59,892 bases of DNA from IMG/VR virus record IMGVR_UViG_3300030032_000362; one strand, 5' to 3'. The translations under genes and the position numbers were made by a program. Of this stretch, positions 1 through 10,100 are shown piece by piece; within the stretch, counting starts at the first letter, position 1, and the number at the start of each line of letters is the position of its first letter. Under the pieces are notes generated by a model, which made no database searches, was not told where the DNA came from, and saw only the letters and a program-made list of their open reading frames with translations. This DNA is from a virus (taxonomy: Duplodnaviria > Heunggongvirae > Uroviricota > Caudoviricetes).

Positions 1-1038
1 TTATTTCTTAATCTGCATGAAATTGATTTTTGCGGATGCCAGTACATTGCGTGGAAACATCTGGTTTACACCACTTGCTCCACCGTTACCGGTATCCGTT
101 ATTTTTTTCGGATAAAGGACAAGAGAAATCTTCTTTTCTTCCTTTCGTTTTTCCTCCATCGCCTCTCCTGCAAGTACAATACTTGGCCTTTCTTTATTGA
201 TTAGAGATAAGGTATATGACATCGGCTTTTTCGTTTTGCCATCTGCACGGCAGCCAACAAGTTGAAGCCCATTATGTAAAACTGCACTCTCATCCAAAAG
301 CAGATGCACACCTGCACCGGAGATTTTTTCTTTCTTTTCCTCCACAAGGGCAGAATCTGCACTTCCTTCCACCATATAAATGCCCAATGCCGCCTTCATT
401 TTTTTGATACTTGCAAGAGTCTTATCTATCGTTACCTCCTTTGTATGTCTACCGAATAAATTTCCTCCAAATAAAATAACATCCGGCTTTTTCTCATTCA
501 CCTTTTCCACCAAAGAATCAAACGCATGAGCAGTCATATCACTGCCTACAAAGCAATTGGAAATATAAACAATGGAAGTATCCTTAACAGGCTCTTTCTT
601 ATCCTCCTGCAAAATGACAGTCTCCTCCCATGATATGCACCGGCTTTTCCAGAAAATAACAGCACCGACACACATGGTAACAACAAAAAAGCCAAGAATC
701 AATTTGGTCGGATGATTGAAAAAGCGGTATATTTTCCCGCTGCATCCTGCTTTTTTTCCGATAAAACGAACAATGCCACGCACAAAACACAAAATAGGTG
801 TGAGTATCATAACACTGCCATATATTACAGAATATGCATGCATAATGACGGAAACTACATCCGAAATCATTGCGGATATTCCGGTTTCAAAAAGGAACAC
901 AACTATTAAAGAAAAAACATGTAAAAACGCGAAAAAGACCACCGGTACTTTCCCGCGTTTCCACAAATCATAATATCGCAAAATAGAATAAAACCATGCT
1001 CCTAATGCATAGCACAACGCAATCACAACTTCTATCAT
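1..1038 (-). CDS. Membrane-anchored metallophosphoesterase-like protein (YkuE-like), metal ligands degenerate
   Basis: N-terminal TM helices, then calcineurin-like fold motifs in altered form: YISNCFVG (cf. ISDLHLG), KPDVILFGGNLF (cf. GGDL), VEGSAD (cf. GNHD). Confidence 0.65.
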   Translation of the reverse strand: MIEVVIALCYALGAWFYSILRYYDLWKRGKVPVVFFAFLHVFSLIVVFLFETGISAMISDVVSVIMHAYSVIYGSVMILTPILCFVRGIVRFIGKKAGCSGKIYRFFNHPTKLILGFFVVTMCVGAVIFWKSRCISWEETVILQEDKKEPVKDTSIVYISNCFVGSDMTAHAFDSLVEKVNEKKPDVILFGGNLFGRHTKEVTIDKTLASIKKMKAALGIYMVEGSADSALVEEKKEKISGAGVHLLLDESAVLHNGLQLVGCRADGKTKKPMSYTLSLINKERPSIVLAGEAMEEKRKEEKKISLVLYPKKITDTGNGGASGVNQMFPRNVLASAKINFMQIKK

Positions 1039-1106
1039 AAAAGCACCCCTTGTCGTATGTTTTACTACACGGGTAGTGTATAATAGAACTGCTTATTTGT
1101 CAACCA

Positions 1107-3851
1107 TTATTTGGTTTTGAATTTCTTTGTTTTGCTCCATTTTGAAACGGTTTTCTTTCCGTTTATTACCTGATACGTTCGGATTCGTATATAGTATTTC
1201 TTTTTCGTTTTTAACTTTTTAATCGTCCGGCTTTGTTTCTTCTTACCGGAAATCGTAATCGTCTTTTTCCCTTTTTTGAAAGATGCAGACGTGCTATATT
1301 GAATCTGATATCCGGTAATTGATTGTGCTGACTTCTTCCAGCTTACCGATACTTTTTTCTTGCCTGCTTTCACCTTTTTGATAACCGGCGCTTTCAGAAC
1401 AGCCTGCTTAGGATTCTTGTTTGTATTTGCCGGTGCTGTCGTCGGTTTTGCGTTGGAAGCCGGCGTTTTCACAGGTGTTCCCGAAGTTTTCTGTGTCGGC
1501 GTAGGAATTGGTGTTGGTGTTGTCTTTGGTACCGGAGTAGGGAGAGGTGTTACCAGCGGCGTCGGCGTTGGTTTCGGTTTCGGTGTTGGAATCACAAGAT
1601 TTTCCGGCACTTTTCCTACTTTTACATCCGTGTAATCACTGTACAAATACCGGTCTGTTTTATTTGCTGTTAACCAGTCTGCCTGCTCTTTTGTTGCCGT
1701 ATAAATCGTCGATGGATTGTGCATTTCATAGAAGATGTAAGTATCCCATGTTTCCAGTTTTGTTCCATCAAAGCCGGTTCCAAGTCCAATCGCCACTAAA
1801 TTTGTACAATTATAAAATGCCTGCCCGCCAATCGTTTGTATCTGGTCCGGAACTTCCACCTTCACAAGTCCTGTACAGTACGAAAATGTATATTCCGGTA
1901 TGGAGGTCATCGATTTCAAATCCGGTAATTCGGTAAATGACGTACAACCGGAAAATACTGAGCCTGCCATTGATTGTAAATTTTCTGACATCGTAACTTT
2001 ATCCGCTTTCAGACTGGTACAATTACTAAATGCCCCATATCCGATTTTCTTAATCTGAGACGGAATTACAATCTGCTCTAAAGCAGAACAACCACTGAAC
2101 GTATATGGCGGAATTTCTTCTATATTAACCGCCTTTGATAAATCAACAGAAACCAACGAAGTACAATTTTGGAATTCACTACCGCCAAGTTTTTGTAAGC
2201 CTGCTCCGAGAACAACCGATGTCATTTTTTCACAATCCTCGAAAGCTCCCTCTGTTGCTAAATTGGTTATTCCAAGGATTTTAACGGAATCCGGAATCAC
2301 AACCTGTTCCAATTCACTTCCCTGAAAAGCCTGATACCCAATCTGCGTCAAACCGTTCGGAAGTGATATACTCCGAATGGCACATCCCTTAAATGCCTGC
2401 CCATCAATACAAATTAATTTCGATGGAAGTGAAATTGATGTTAAATTTGTTGTTTCTCCAAATGCACTGTTTCCAATAAATGTTACGTTATCCGGAATAT
2501 GAACTGAAGTTAATGCACTGCAGTCCTTAAACATAGTCCCCGGAACTGCCGTCCAGCTATCCGGAATCGTAAATGAACGTAAAGACTTACATCCCCAGAA
2601 CAAACCGCCGGAATACTTATCCTCATCATTCTCATAACGGTTTGTGCCATCATAATCTGCTGCGGATACTGTAAATTTCCCATCTTCCGGGAACACAACA
2701 TGGTCTAACTTTTCACAGTCCATAAACGCATTCGATGCAATATGCTGTACAGATTTTGGAATATTAATACTTTTCAAATTTTTACATCCTGCAAATGCAC
2801 TGCAGCCAATAAAGGTTAAGCCCTCCGGAAGTGTTACCGTATCAATCGTACACTCACGGAATGCCCTCGAACCTATATAGGTAAGATTTGGTGTCTTATC
2901 TTTTCCAATCGGCAGTTCAGTCAACTCCGAACAGTTTGCAAATACATCTTTATATACGGTTTTTAATTCCTCCGGATATTTTAGCGTAAACTTAGACATT
3001 TTAGAACAATTATTAAATGCCATTTCTCCCAAATAAGTTAATTTTCCTTTTATCGTAACACTTGTAAGGGCTTTACAACCACCAAATGCCAGTCGCGGTA
3101 ATGTTGTAATCTTCTCCGGAAGTTCAATCGTGGTTAAACTTTCGCAGCGGTTAAACGCATGATATCCCAGTGACGCAACATTGCCCCATTCAATTGTTTT
3201 TAGCTGGGTCAACCCCTCACACAAATGTGAGGGTACTTTTGTAACGCCGGACTCAAATGTAATTTTTTCAATTGCATCTCCGGCAAGACAGGCACCATCA
3301 TTTTTCTGGTCCACTTCTTTGTCATCATCCAGTGGATATGTGTCGTAAATCGATGTTGTACCTTCTGGAATTGATATCTCATTTAACGAATCACACTCAT
3401 AGAAAATGTATTTCCCAAGCTGACAATTTGTAGGAAGTTTCACTGAAGAAAGCACACTGCATCCATAAAAAGCATAATTATCAATTTCCAAAACACCTTT
3501 CGGAATATTTATGGACGTAATTGTCGTGTTATCCCGAAACGCATTCTGTCCAATAACAGTAACATTATAACTTGCCCCATCCCAATCAATCCGAGAAGGT
3601 ATTGTTACACTTTGTGATATTCCTGTATATTTTTGCAATGTTGCTGTTTTTGTTTCCTGTGTTAATTGATAGGAAAAATCACCTTCTGAGTAATTAACTG
3701 TGTCTGCTTTTGATGACTGCTCCATAAACCCTATGGAGAAAAAGAATGTCAGCATAAAAAGCATGCTAACGATGAAACATTTCCTTCCTTTACAAACTTT
3801 ATCATTCACCTTAACCATCTCCTTTCTTAATTTCATATAAATCCGTTTCAT
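1107..3851 (-). CDS. BspA-type leucine-rich repeat surface protein with Pro/Thr linker and C-terminal FN3-like domain
   Basis: Signal peptide, many IGxxAFxxCxxLxxIxLP repeats, PT-rich linker, VSWKK..GYQIQYS..YYIRIRTY..SKWS terminal domain. Confidence 0.9.
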   Translation of the reverse strand: MKRIYMKLRKEMVKVNDKVCKGRKCFIVSMLFMLTFFFSIGFMEQSSKADTVNYSEGDFSYQLTQETKTATLQKYTGISQSVTIPSRIDWDGASYNVTVIGQNAFRDNTTITSINIPKGVLEIDNYAFYGCSVLSSVKLPTNCQLGKYIFYECDSLNEISIPEGTTSIYDTYPLDDDKEVDQKNDGACLAGDAIEKITFESGVTKVPSHLCEGLTQLKTIEWGNVASLGYHAFNRCESLTTIELPEKITTLPRLAFGGCKALTSVTIKGKLTYLGEMAFNNCSKMSKFTLKYPEELKTVYKDVFANCSELTELPIGKDKTPNLTYIGSRAFRECTIDTVTLPEGLTFIGCSAFAGCKNLKSINIPKSVQHIASNAFMDCEKLDHVVFPEDGKFTVSAADYDGTNRYENDEDKYSGGLFWGCKSLRSFTIPDSWTAVPGTMFKDCSALTSVHIPDNVTFIGNSAFGETTNLTSISLPSKLICIDGQAFKGCAIRSISLPNGLTQIGYQAFQGSELEQVVIPDSVKILGITNLATEGAFEDCEKMTSVVLGAGLQKLGGSEFQNCTSLVSVDLSKAVNIEEIPPYTFSGCSALEQIVIPSQIKKIGYGAFSNCTSLKADKVTMSENLQSMAGSVFSGCTSFTELPDLKSMTSIPEYTFSYCTGLVKVEVPDQIQTIGGQAFYNCTNLVAIGLGTGFDGTKLETWDTYIFYEMHNPSTIYTATKEQADWLTANKTDRYLYSDYTDVKVGKVPENLVIPTPKPKPTPTPLVTPLPTPVPKTTPTPIPTPTQKTSGTPVKTPASNAKPTTAPANTNKNPKQAVLKAPVIKKVKAGKKKVSVSWKKSAQSITGYQIQYSTSASFKKGKKTITISGKKKQSRTIKKLKTKKKYYIRIRTYQVINGKKTVSKWSKTKKFKTK

Positions 3852-3925
3852 TATACTGAATTAAGCATAAAATGGTAAGGTTACAAATGTCTCATGTTCG
3901 CTTTTTGGCTGACATTCCTGTAATT

Positions 3926-5050
3926 TTAGTTATAGTTAAATTTCAATTTATTTAATGATACATATTTGGTCTGACTCCGCTCGCCATTCAAAATCTGAAT
4001 GTTAAAGCCGACGCCCTCTTCCAGTTTGTGTGGCATGGAACCATTATATTCTGTTAAATCAAATACCGTGTGTTTCTTCGAACCAATCAACTTATAGTTT
4101 CCTTTATCTAAAATATCTGAATCACTGTAGCCATTCAGCGCCTCAGCAGAAACAAAGGCACATTTCTGATAATCCCCCTCAAAATCAAGTTCTGTTCCGG
4201 AAGCATCATATACACCAAATTGAATCTCAAATGAGGTGACATCCTGTATACGAATTCCCTTTTTTAACAAATACCGGCTGAAATCAATCGCAATCATACA
4301 ACTAACTTCCTCATCGTATTCATTTTCAAAAAGCATCAGACCATCGAGTTTATTTACGCCACTCTCGACAAGACCACTGCCAAGATTCATGTAACCAATA
4401 ATGTCTTTATCCTCCAAATCCGCAACCAATACTTTCGGTTCCGCAACCGTTTCCTGTCTAACCGTTTTTTCCCGGAAATGCTCCGGCCATTCATCTTCTG
4501 ACAGCAGCAACTCCATTTTTAAAAGAATCAATTTACGAATCCTGCTAAATTCGCCATTCGTAAACTGAATGTTAATCCCCACTGCATCGTGAAGCTCATG
4601 ATCCGAAAGAGAAACTCCATCTGCTTTGTATCCATTGTAATCCGTGAGCTTGATTTTTGTAATTTCCTTTGAACCAATAACCTTATAATTTGTCGTTGGT
4701 AAAATATCCGAATTACTGTAACCATTTAATTCATCCTCAGAAACAAGTGCACATTTTTCATATTCAATGGAAAAATCAATTTCTTCCTCATTTTCATCAT
4801 ACGCAGCCGCCACCAAATGAATTTCCTGAACATCCTCAATTGCAATTCCCATATGTTCCACATACTCTCTTAATTCAATCGCATACATCGGATACAGGCC
4901 CGGTTCAAATTCTGCCAAATACTCAATGCCTTTTGCCGTCACCGAAACGCCGTCCTCCTCAAGCCCATGTCCATAATTAATATACGCTTTCAGCATAGGA
5001 TCTGCCAAATCAACAACCCACTTTTTCACTTTATCCATAGCAACCTCCAT
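3926..5050 (-). CDS. Hypothetical protein made of two tandem homologous domains
   Basis: YEKCALVSEDELNGYSNSDIL..NYKVIGSK recurs as YQKCAFVSAEALNGYSDSDIL..NYKLIGSK. Confidence 0.8.
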   Translation of the reverse strand: MEVAMDKVKKWVVDLADPMLKAYINYGHGLEEDGVSVTAKGIEYLAEFEPGLYPMYAIELREYVEHMGIAIEDVQEIHLVAAAYDENEEEIDFSIEYEKCALVSEDELNGYSNSDILPTTNYKVIGSKEITKIKLTDYNGYKADGVSLSDHELHDAVGINIQFTNGEFSRIRKLILLKMELLLSEDEWPEHFREKTVRQETVAEPKVLVADLEDKDIIGYMNLGSGLVESGVNKLDGLMLFENEYDEEVSCMIAIDFSRYLLKKGIRIQDVTSFEIQFGVYDASGTELDFEGDYQKCAFVSAEALNGYSDSDILDKGNYKLIGSKKHTVFDLTEYNGSMPHKLEEGVGFNIQILNGERSQTKYVSLNKLKFNYN

Positions 5051-5140
5051 TCTGAAGCCCCTGCTCCCATCAAAATAATGTTACTATTATCATACCACAT
5101 TACAGCTAAAGAAACAAAGTTTTTCTGCCTTACCAGACAG

Positions 5141-5290
5141 CTAAATCACTTTACTTTCCCCCTCTATCTGAGAAGGACGCACAAAATAAACAAGCATACA
5201 GGCAAAAATAATTCCAAATAAAATAGGAAAACCATAAGCCCGTACAATACCTTTTATTTTTCCTTTTTTCAATTGTTTCAAATATCTCAT
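5141..5290 (-). pseudogene. Truncated signal peptidase I N-terminus
   Basis: FPILFGIIFACMLVYFVRPSQIEGES aligns with LPIILAIVFAFALIYFVRPLQVAGES of the 18643-19149 product; the ORF stops just after the catalytic Ser. Confidence 0.7.
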
Positions 5291-5320
5291 CCCCTTGCAT
5301 ATTCTGCCGCATGAAACAGA

Positions 5321-5362
5321 AAGTATAAACCTAATATACCATTTTTCCAAAAGTATATATAC
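5321..5362. repeat. 42-bp copy of the sequence upstream of the relaxase (50111-50152)
   Basis: aagtataaacctaatatacc..aagtatatatac; 38/42 identical to 50111-50152 by manual alignment. Confidence 0.85.
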
Positions 5363-5411
5363 TTATTTGTTAAAAAAAGAAATCCCCCGCACACAGCGAG
5401 GGAATAAAAAA

Positions 5412-5434
5412 CGGAGACGATGGGATTCGAACCC
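5412..5434 (-). mobile_element. tRNA-Ser 3'-end fragment, putative att core of an integrated element
   Basis: Minus strand GGGTTCGAATCCCATCGTCTCCG = T-arm, acceptor strand and discriminator G; no 5' half of the tRNA is present. Confidence 0.7.
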
Positions 5435-5508
5435 TACGGATAAATTGTTTTTGTTCGTGAAATCCAACGCATTTTCGTTATTTTATAATCCGCAATCGAA
5501 CATATGTC

Positions 5509-5540
5509 TGATTACTTTTGATTACTTTATGATTACTTTT
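5509..5540. repeat. Three tandem TGATTACTTT repeats, possible integrase arm-type sites
   Basis: tgattacttttgattactttatgattactttt about 75 bp inside the tRNA fragment. Confidence 0.45.
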
Positions 5541-5574
5541 AATTTAAGGAGGTGGAACCTTGCATATGATTTAA

Positions 5575-5599
5575 AAAAAGCCCCATCTGGGGCTTTTTC
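5575..5599. terminator. Bidirectional intrinsic terminator
   Basis: aaaaaagccccatctggggcttttt. Confidence 0.75.
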
Positions 5600-5608
5600 T
5601 ATTTAATA

Positions 5609-6364
5609 TCATTTCCAATAACAGTATATACATTGATGTTTACATGGATGTTTGCAATTTAATAATTCTGTCTTGCAGGATAGACATAAACATCCATTAC
5701 GATTTTGCATATTTACTTTTGTATTTGAGTCTAACTGTAAGCCAAGAATCTGCAAATCAATCTCTGATATGCAACCGGAATGAACAAATAATCCATCAGG
5801 ACTATTTAGATACGGTTCAGTACAAGTATGAAACTGAATGTCATATTGGCTCAGTGTATTACATACATCATCCATCATGGATTTTGATGCATAGAAATTT
5901 GGACCGTAGATTGGAACAAATCCAATTTTACGAAATCTTTCTTTTACATGAGGATATTCGTCAAATATAGAAATACGTACTCTCATACGTGGTAATAATT
6001 GCATATCAAATGCCATATCCAATACTTCACAAACTCGCTTTAACCCATTTGAAGTAGGGAAAATAGGGTCAATACGAAGCACACATTGTTCCAACGGAAA
6101 CCCTTTTTTAATAAGCTTCTTCAATTGTGATAATTGATTATGATATGGTGGAACATTTGGCTCAATAATGGATTGTCCCCATCCAGTACAAGTAGCATGG
6201 ATAATAAGTTTGTATCCATTTTGATAAGCCTGCATTACTCTATGAATAAATTCATCTGTAATGTTTTTTGTAATAAGAATTGCTCCCGATACAGTGTTTA
6301 ATTTATCATACCACGAAAAGTCCAAGGCTGCATCACCGCGTTCTGTAATTCCAATTTTTATCAT
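5609..6364 (-). CDS. DUF1848-like (radical-SAM-related) protein
   Basis: LITKN, LRIDPI, C-terminal CLCLSC..PCKHQCIYCYW cysteine motif. Confidence 0.6.
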   Translation of the reverse strand: MIKIGITERGDAALDFSWYDKLNTVSGAILITKNITDEFIHRVMQAYQNGYKLIIHATCTGWGQSIIEPNVPPYHNQLSQLKKLIKKGFPLEQCVLRIDPIFPTSNGLKRVCEVLDMAFDMQLLPRMRVRISIFDEYPHVKERFRKIGFVPIYGPNFYASKSMMDDVCNTLSQYDIQFHTCTEPYLNSPDGLFVHSGCISEIDLQILGLQLDSNTKVNMQNRNGCLCLSCKTELLNCKHPCKHQCIYCYWK

Positions 6365-6378
6365 ATTTTATCCTCCTT

Positions 6379-6693
6379 TTAATCTACATAATTAAACCAT
6401 ACAAGATAACAAGCATTGTCAGAAATAAATTCTGCACTTGTATCTGCGTCATACAAGTCTTCCCCGGTAAGTAATGTATCTTCAGGTAGCGCATTATAAG
6501 CAGCCATATCATCTAAATTACAGATTATCTTAACAATAGATAATTTCTGCAATTTATTGGTTGCATGTTCAAATAGATACGCTCGACTTCCGACATTGCA
6601 ACGATTTTCGTTGATGAAGTAGTCTAACTGGTCCTTGCTTTTATCATTATAACTGGACATCGTCCAGCTACGGCTTAATTCTTTTGGCGTCAT
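6379..6693 (-). CDS. Hypothetical protein
   Basis: ORF with AAGGAGG RBS, in operon. Confidence 0.7.
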   Translation of the reverse strand: MTPKELSRSWTMSSYNDKSKDQLDYFINENRCNVGSRAYLFEHATNKLQKLSIVKIICNLDDMAAYNALPEDTLLTGEDLYDADTSAEFISDNACYLVWFNYVD

Positions 6694-6708
6694 AATTTTG
6701 TCCTCCTT

Positions 6709-6939
6709 CTATACAATATACTCTAACATAAATTCTTCAAATTCTTCCTGCGAAATAAGCTGAGTATTTACATACTGATAAAGATTATGTAAAACATAAT
6801 CACATAATTTTGTATCAGCTTCTACCTTGGTTAAAAATGTCCAAGTTGTAAAAAATGAGCGGAGCTGCTCTGGAGTATGTTCATCTTCCCAATTATTTTC
6901 CTCTGCAAACTGATACATAAAATCTACTAAAAATTCCAT
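6709..6939 (-). CDS. Hypothetical protein
   Basis: ORF with AAAGGAG RBS downstream of the conserved motif. Confidence 0.7.
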   Translation of the reverse strand: MEFLVDFMYQFAEENNWEDEHTPEQLRSFFTTWTFLTKVEADTKLCDYVLHNLYQYVNTQLISQEEFEEFMLEYIV

Positions 6940-7104
6940 ATTATCGTTCTCCTTTCTGATATTAAATTAACTACTCCCGGTTATTTATTAGATATATATA
7001 ATATGTCTGTTTTGTTTCAGCCTAAAACAAAAACCATATTATAAGCATTTTTTACAGGACCCGGTGGACAGACATAAATAAGAAAAGACCTCAATTAAGA
7101 GGCC

Positions 7105-10100
7105 TTATCTCTGTTCTACATTTAAATCAGATTCTAATATAGAATTTTGAACAAACATTCCGGTTTTTATAAATCCCTTAGTCGGGTTGAAATAAATTAA
7201 AGGCGAACCACCGGTATTTTTTAGATATTTTTGCAATTTATTAAATATCTCATGTTCTTTTCCCGGTTCTCCATATACTATAATGTCTCTTTTCTTTCGT
7301 TCTAAAGGTTCCATCTTTTCGGTTATCATTTCGAGAATTAGTTTGTTCTCTCCATTAAAATTATCTTCTTTCGTTGTGATTTTGCCGGTTATTCTAACTG
7401 GTTGGTTTTCTGCTAGTAGGTTGCGACAAGACTGAAAGGCTCGTTTAAATACGCATACCGGCAGTGTTCCTTCTTTTGAATCCAATGTAAAAAACGCCAT
7501 CTTACGCCCTTCTAATATTCGAAGGTCCGTAATAACACCGGCGATTGCAGCATCATTGGTTGGAATTATATTCGCAAGACTAGTTACGCATAATTCATTC
7601 GGTGTACCATAATCATCCATTGGATGGCCAGATAACATAATGCCTAAATATTCTTTTTCTGCTATCAAATTGTTTAATAAGTCATCTTGCTCAAAAGATT
7701 TAGGTATTTTTAGTAAACAAATCGCCGATTGAATTGCATTTTCTGCGTTTTTTCGTCTTCTTTCCGTTAAATCTTCACTCGCAAGTATTTTTTTCTTGTC
7801 CTTAATCTTCTTAACTGCTTCAATAAAATCACATGTTTGTGCTTTTTCTTTCAAAATTTTCCGGCTAACCCCAAAAGAGTCAAACGCTCCTGTCATAATT
7901 AAGTTACATAGTACATTACCCGAAATGCAAGTTCTCGACACGAAATTTTCAAATGACGTATATTTACCGTTATTTTTTCTCTCTTCTACGATTTTGCTTG
8001 CCTTTGTCCCTACGTTAGCCACATAGCTTAATCCAAAAAGTATTTTCCCATCTTTAATGGAAAATTCTGCTTTTGAATTATTGATATTCGGCAAACACAC
8101 TTCAATATTTAACGATTGACAATCCGTTAAAAAAGATTTTCGAGCTTCTTTTTTATCTACATATCCCATACTTACACAAAGAAATTCTTCCGGATAATGG
8201 TATTTTAACCAAGCCGTTTGATATGAAACAATAGCATAGGCTGTCGCATGTGATTTATTAAATGCGTATTTCGCAAATTCAAGCATCTGGTCAAATAAAA
8301 TTTTCGCTTTTTCTACTGGAATTCCATTTTTCTCACACCCAATAATACCTCTGGATTCGTCTCCATATAAAAAAGCCGGTTCTTCTTTTTGCAGCTTATC
8401 CATTTTCTTCTTACTCATAGCGCGCCGAACTAAATCAGCTCCACCCAATGAATATCCAGCCAATTGTTGAAAAATCTGCATTACTTGCTCTTGATATACA
8501 ATAGCCCCATAAGTGTTTCCTAGAATTGGCTTTAATTCTGGTATAAGGTATTCCGGACGTTTCATTCCACTCATTACTTTTAATAGTTCTGGCAGATAAT
8601 CCATTGGTCCGGGGCGGTACATGGAAATCAAGATAATGATATCCTCAATACAAGTTGGTTTGGCTTTTCGAAGCATATCCTTCATGCCCGGACTTTCTAC
8701 CTGAAAAACACCATTTGTATTTCCCTCTCCGTAAATTGACTCAAATACTTCTCTTTCAAACGGAATTGTATTTATATCTATCTTCTTCCCTTTGGTTTTC
8801 AAAATCATCCATAAAGTATTTGAAATAATGTTTAAATTTCTTAATCCTAAAAAATCCATTTTAAGGAGACCGTGCTTTTCTTCTACCTGAATCATATCAC
8901 ATTGTGTTTTCCATTCGCCAGATGGGTCTAACATCAAGGGAACATGTTCCTTTACTGCTTTTGTATCAGAAATAACAACACCGCCGGCGTGCATCCCATA
9001 TGATACAAATGTCCCAACAACCAATTTAGCATCTTGATAAATGCGCAAAACATTTTTGTCATTAGGAAAAGCCTGTTTAACTTCTGATTCTTTTGGAAAC
9101 TTATCATCATAAATCATAGCTTTTAACCGTTTTGCCGGAGCATCAAAATAAGTTGTTTTGCCATATAGTCTATCGCCTAAAAGTTTTGAACAATTGTCAA
9201 TTGATTTTTTTATCTGCATCGTATTTTTAGTCATAATATGACAAACATGGTCCGCCCCATACTTATGAGCAACATAATTATATACATATGGTTTCAAATG
9301 AATCGCAAAGTCTACATCAATATCCGGCATTGAAATACGTTCCGGATTCAAAAAACGTTCAAATAATAATCCATATTTTAGCGGGTCAACACTGGTGATA
9401 CCTAAAAGATAACAAACCAAACTACCAACAGCACTACCTCTTCCCGGTCCAACACCAATCCCTAGTAAACCTTTACTTTTTTTCTGTAACCAAGGAATAT
9501 CATAAATGTGTTCAAAAAAACCATCCGGTAACTGACGAAAATCAAATTTTCCTAACAGTCTGGCATAATTTAAGTAATCTTGCACAATTAAGTGATAATC
9601 GGCAAACCCCATGCTGCACATGGTAGATAACTCCGTTTCCATTCGCTTTTGATGTTCCTCATCAAATCCATTTGGAAAATATTTAGCAATTCCTTCATTT
9701 GCCTTGCGAATTAAACATTCTTCGCTGCTTTCTTCTGAATATTCCGATGGATATTTAGGATAATGTTCTTCAAATTTTAACTCTACATGACAGTTATCCA
9801 ATAAATGGCTACGATTTGCAATTGCAATATCTGCATCAGATTCAGACATGATTTCAAGCAATACTTCTTTTAATTCCTCTTCTGATTTAACATATAGTTC
9901 TTTATCTGCAACGCCTTCCTCCTGCCACATTTGACCTGATTTTTTACTTTCAATGTAGCGCATAGACCGAATCAACTGTCTTGCTCGTCTACTTTCTTCA
10001 GAACCATTCACCATATGCGCATCATTTGTTGCCACTACTGGGATATCTAACTCTTTTGCGAGTTTTAATAAAATTGGAAATACCCGCTTTTCCTCTTCCA

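Noticed and set aside
5412..5434. Intact tRNA gene
   Set aside because: Only the T-arm and 3' acceptor strand are present.
5501..5510. Additional motif copy (catatgtctg), and acagacata at 7068
   Set aside because: Partial matches with no appropriately placed downstream gene; not counted.
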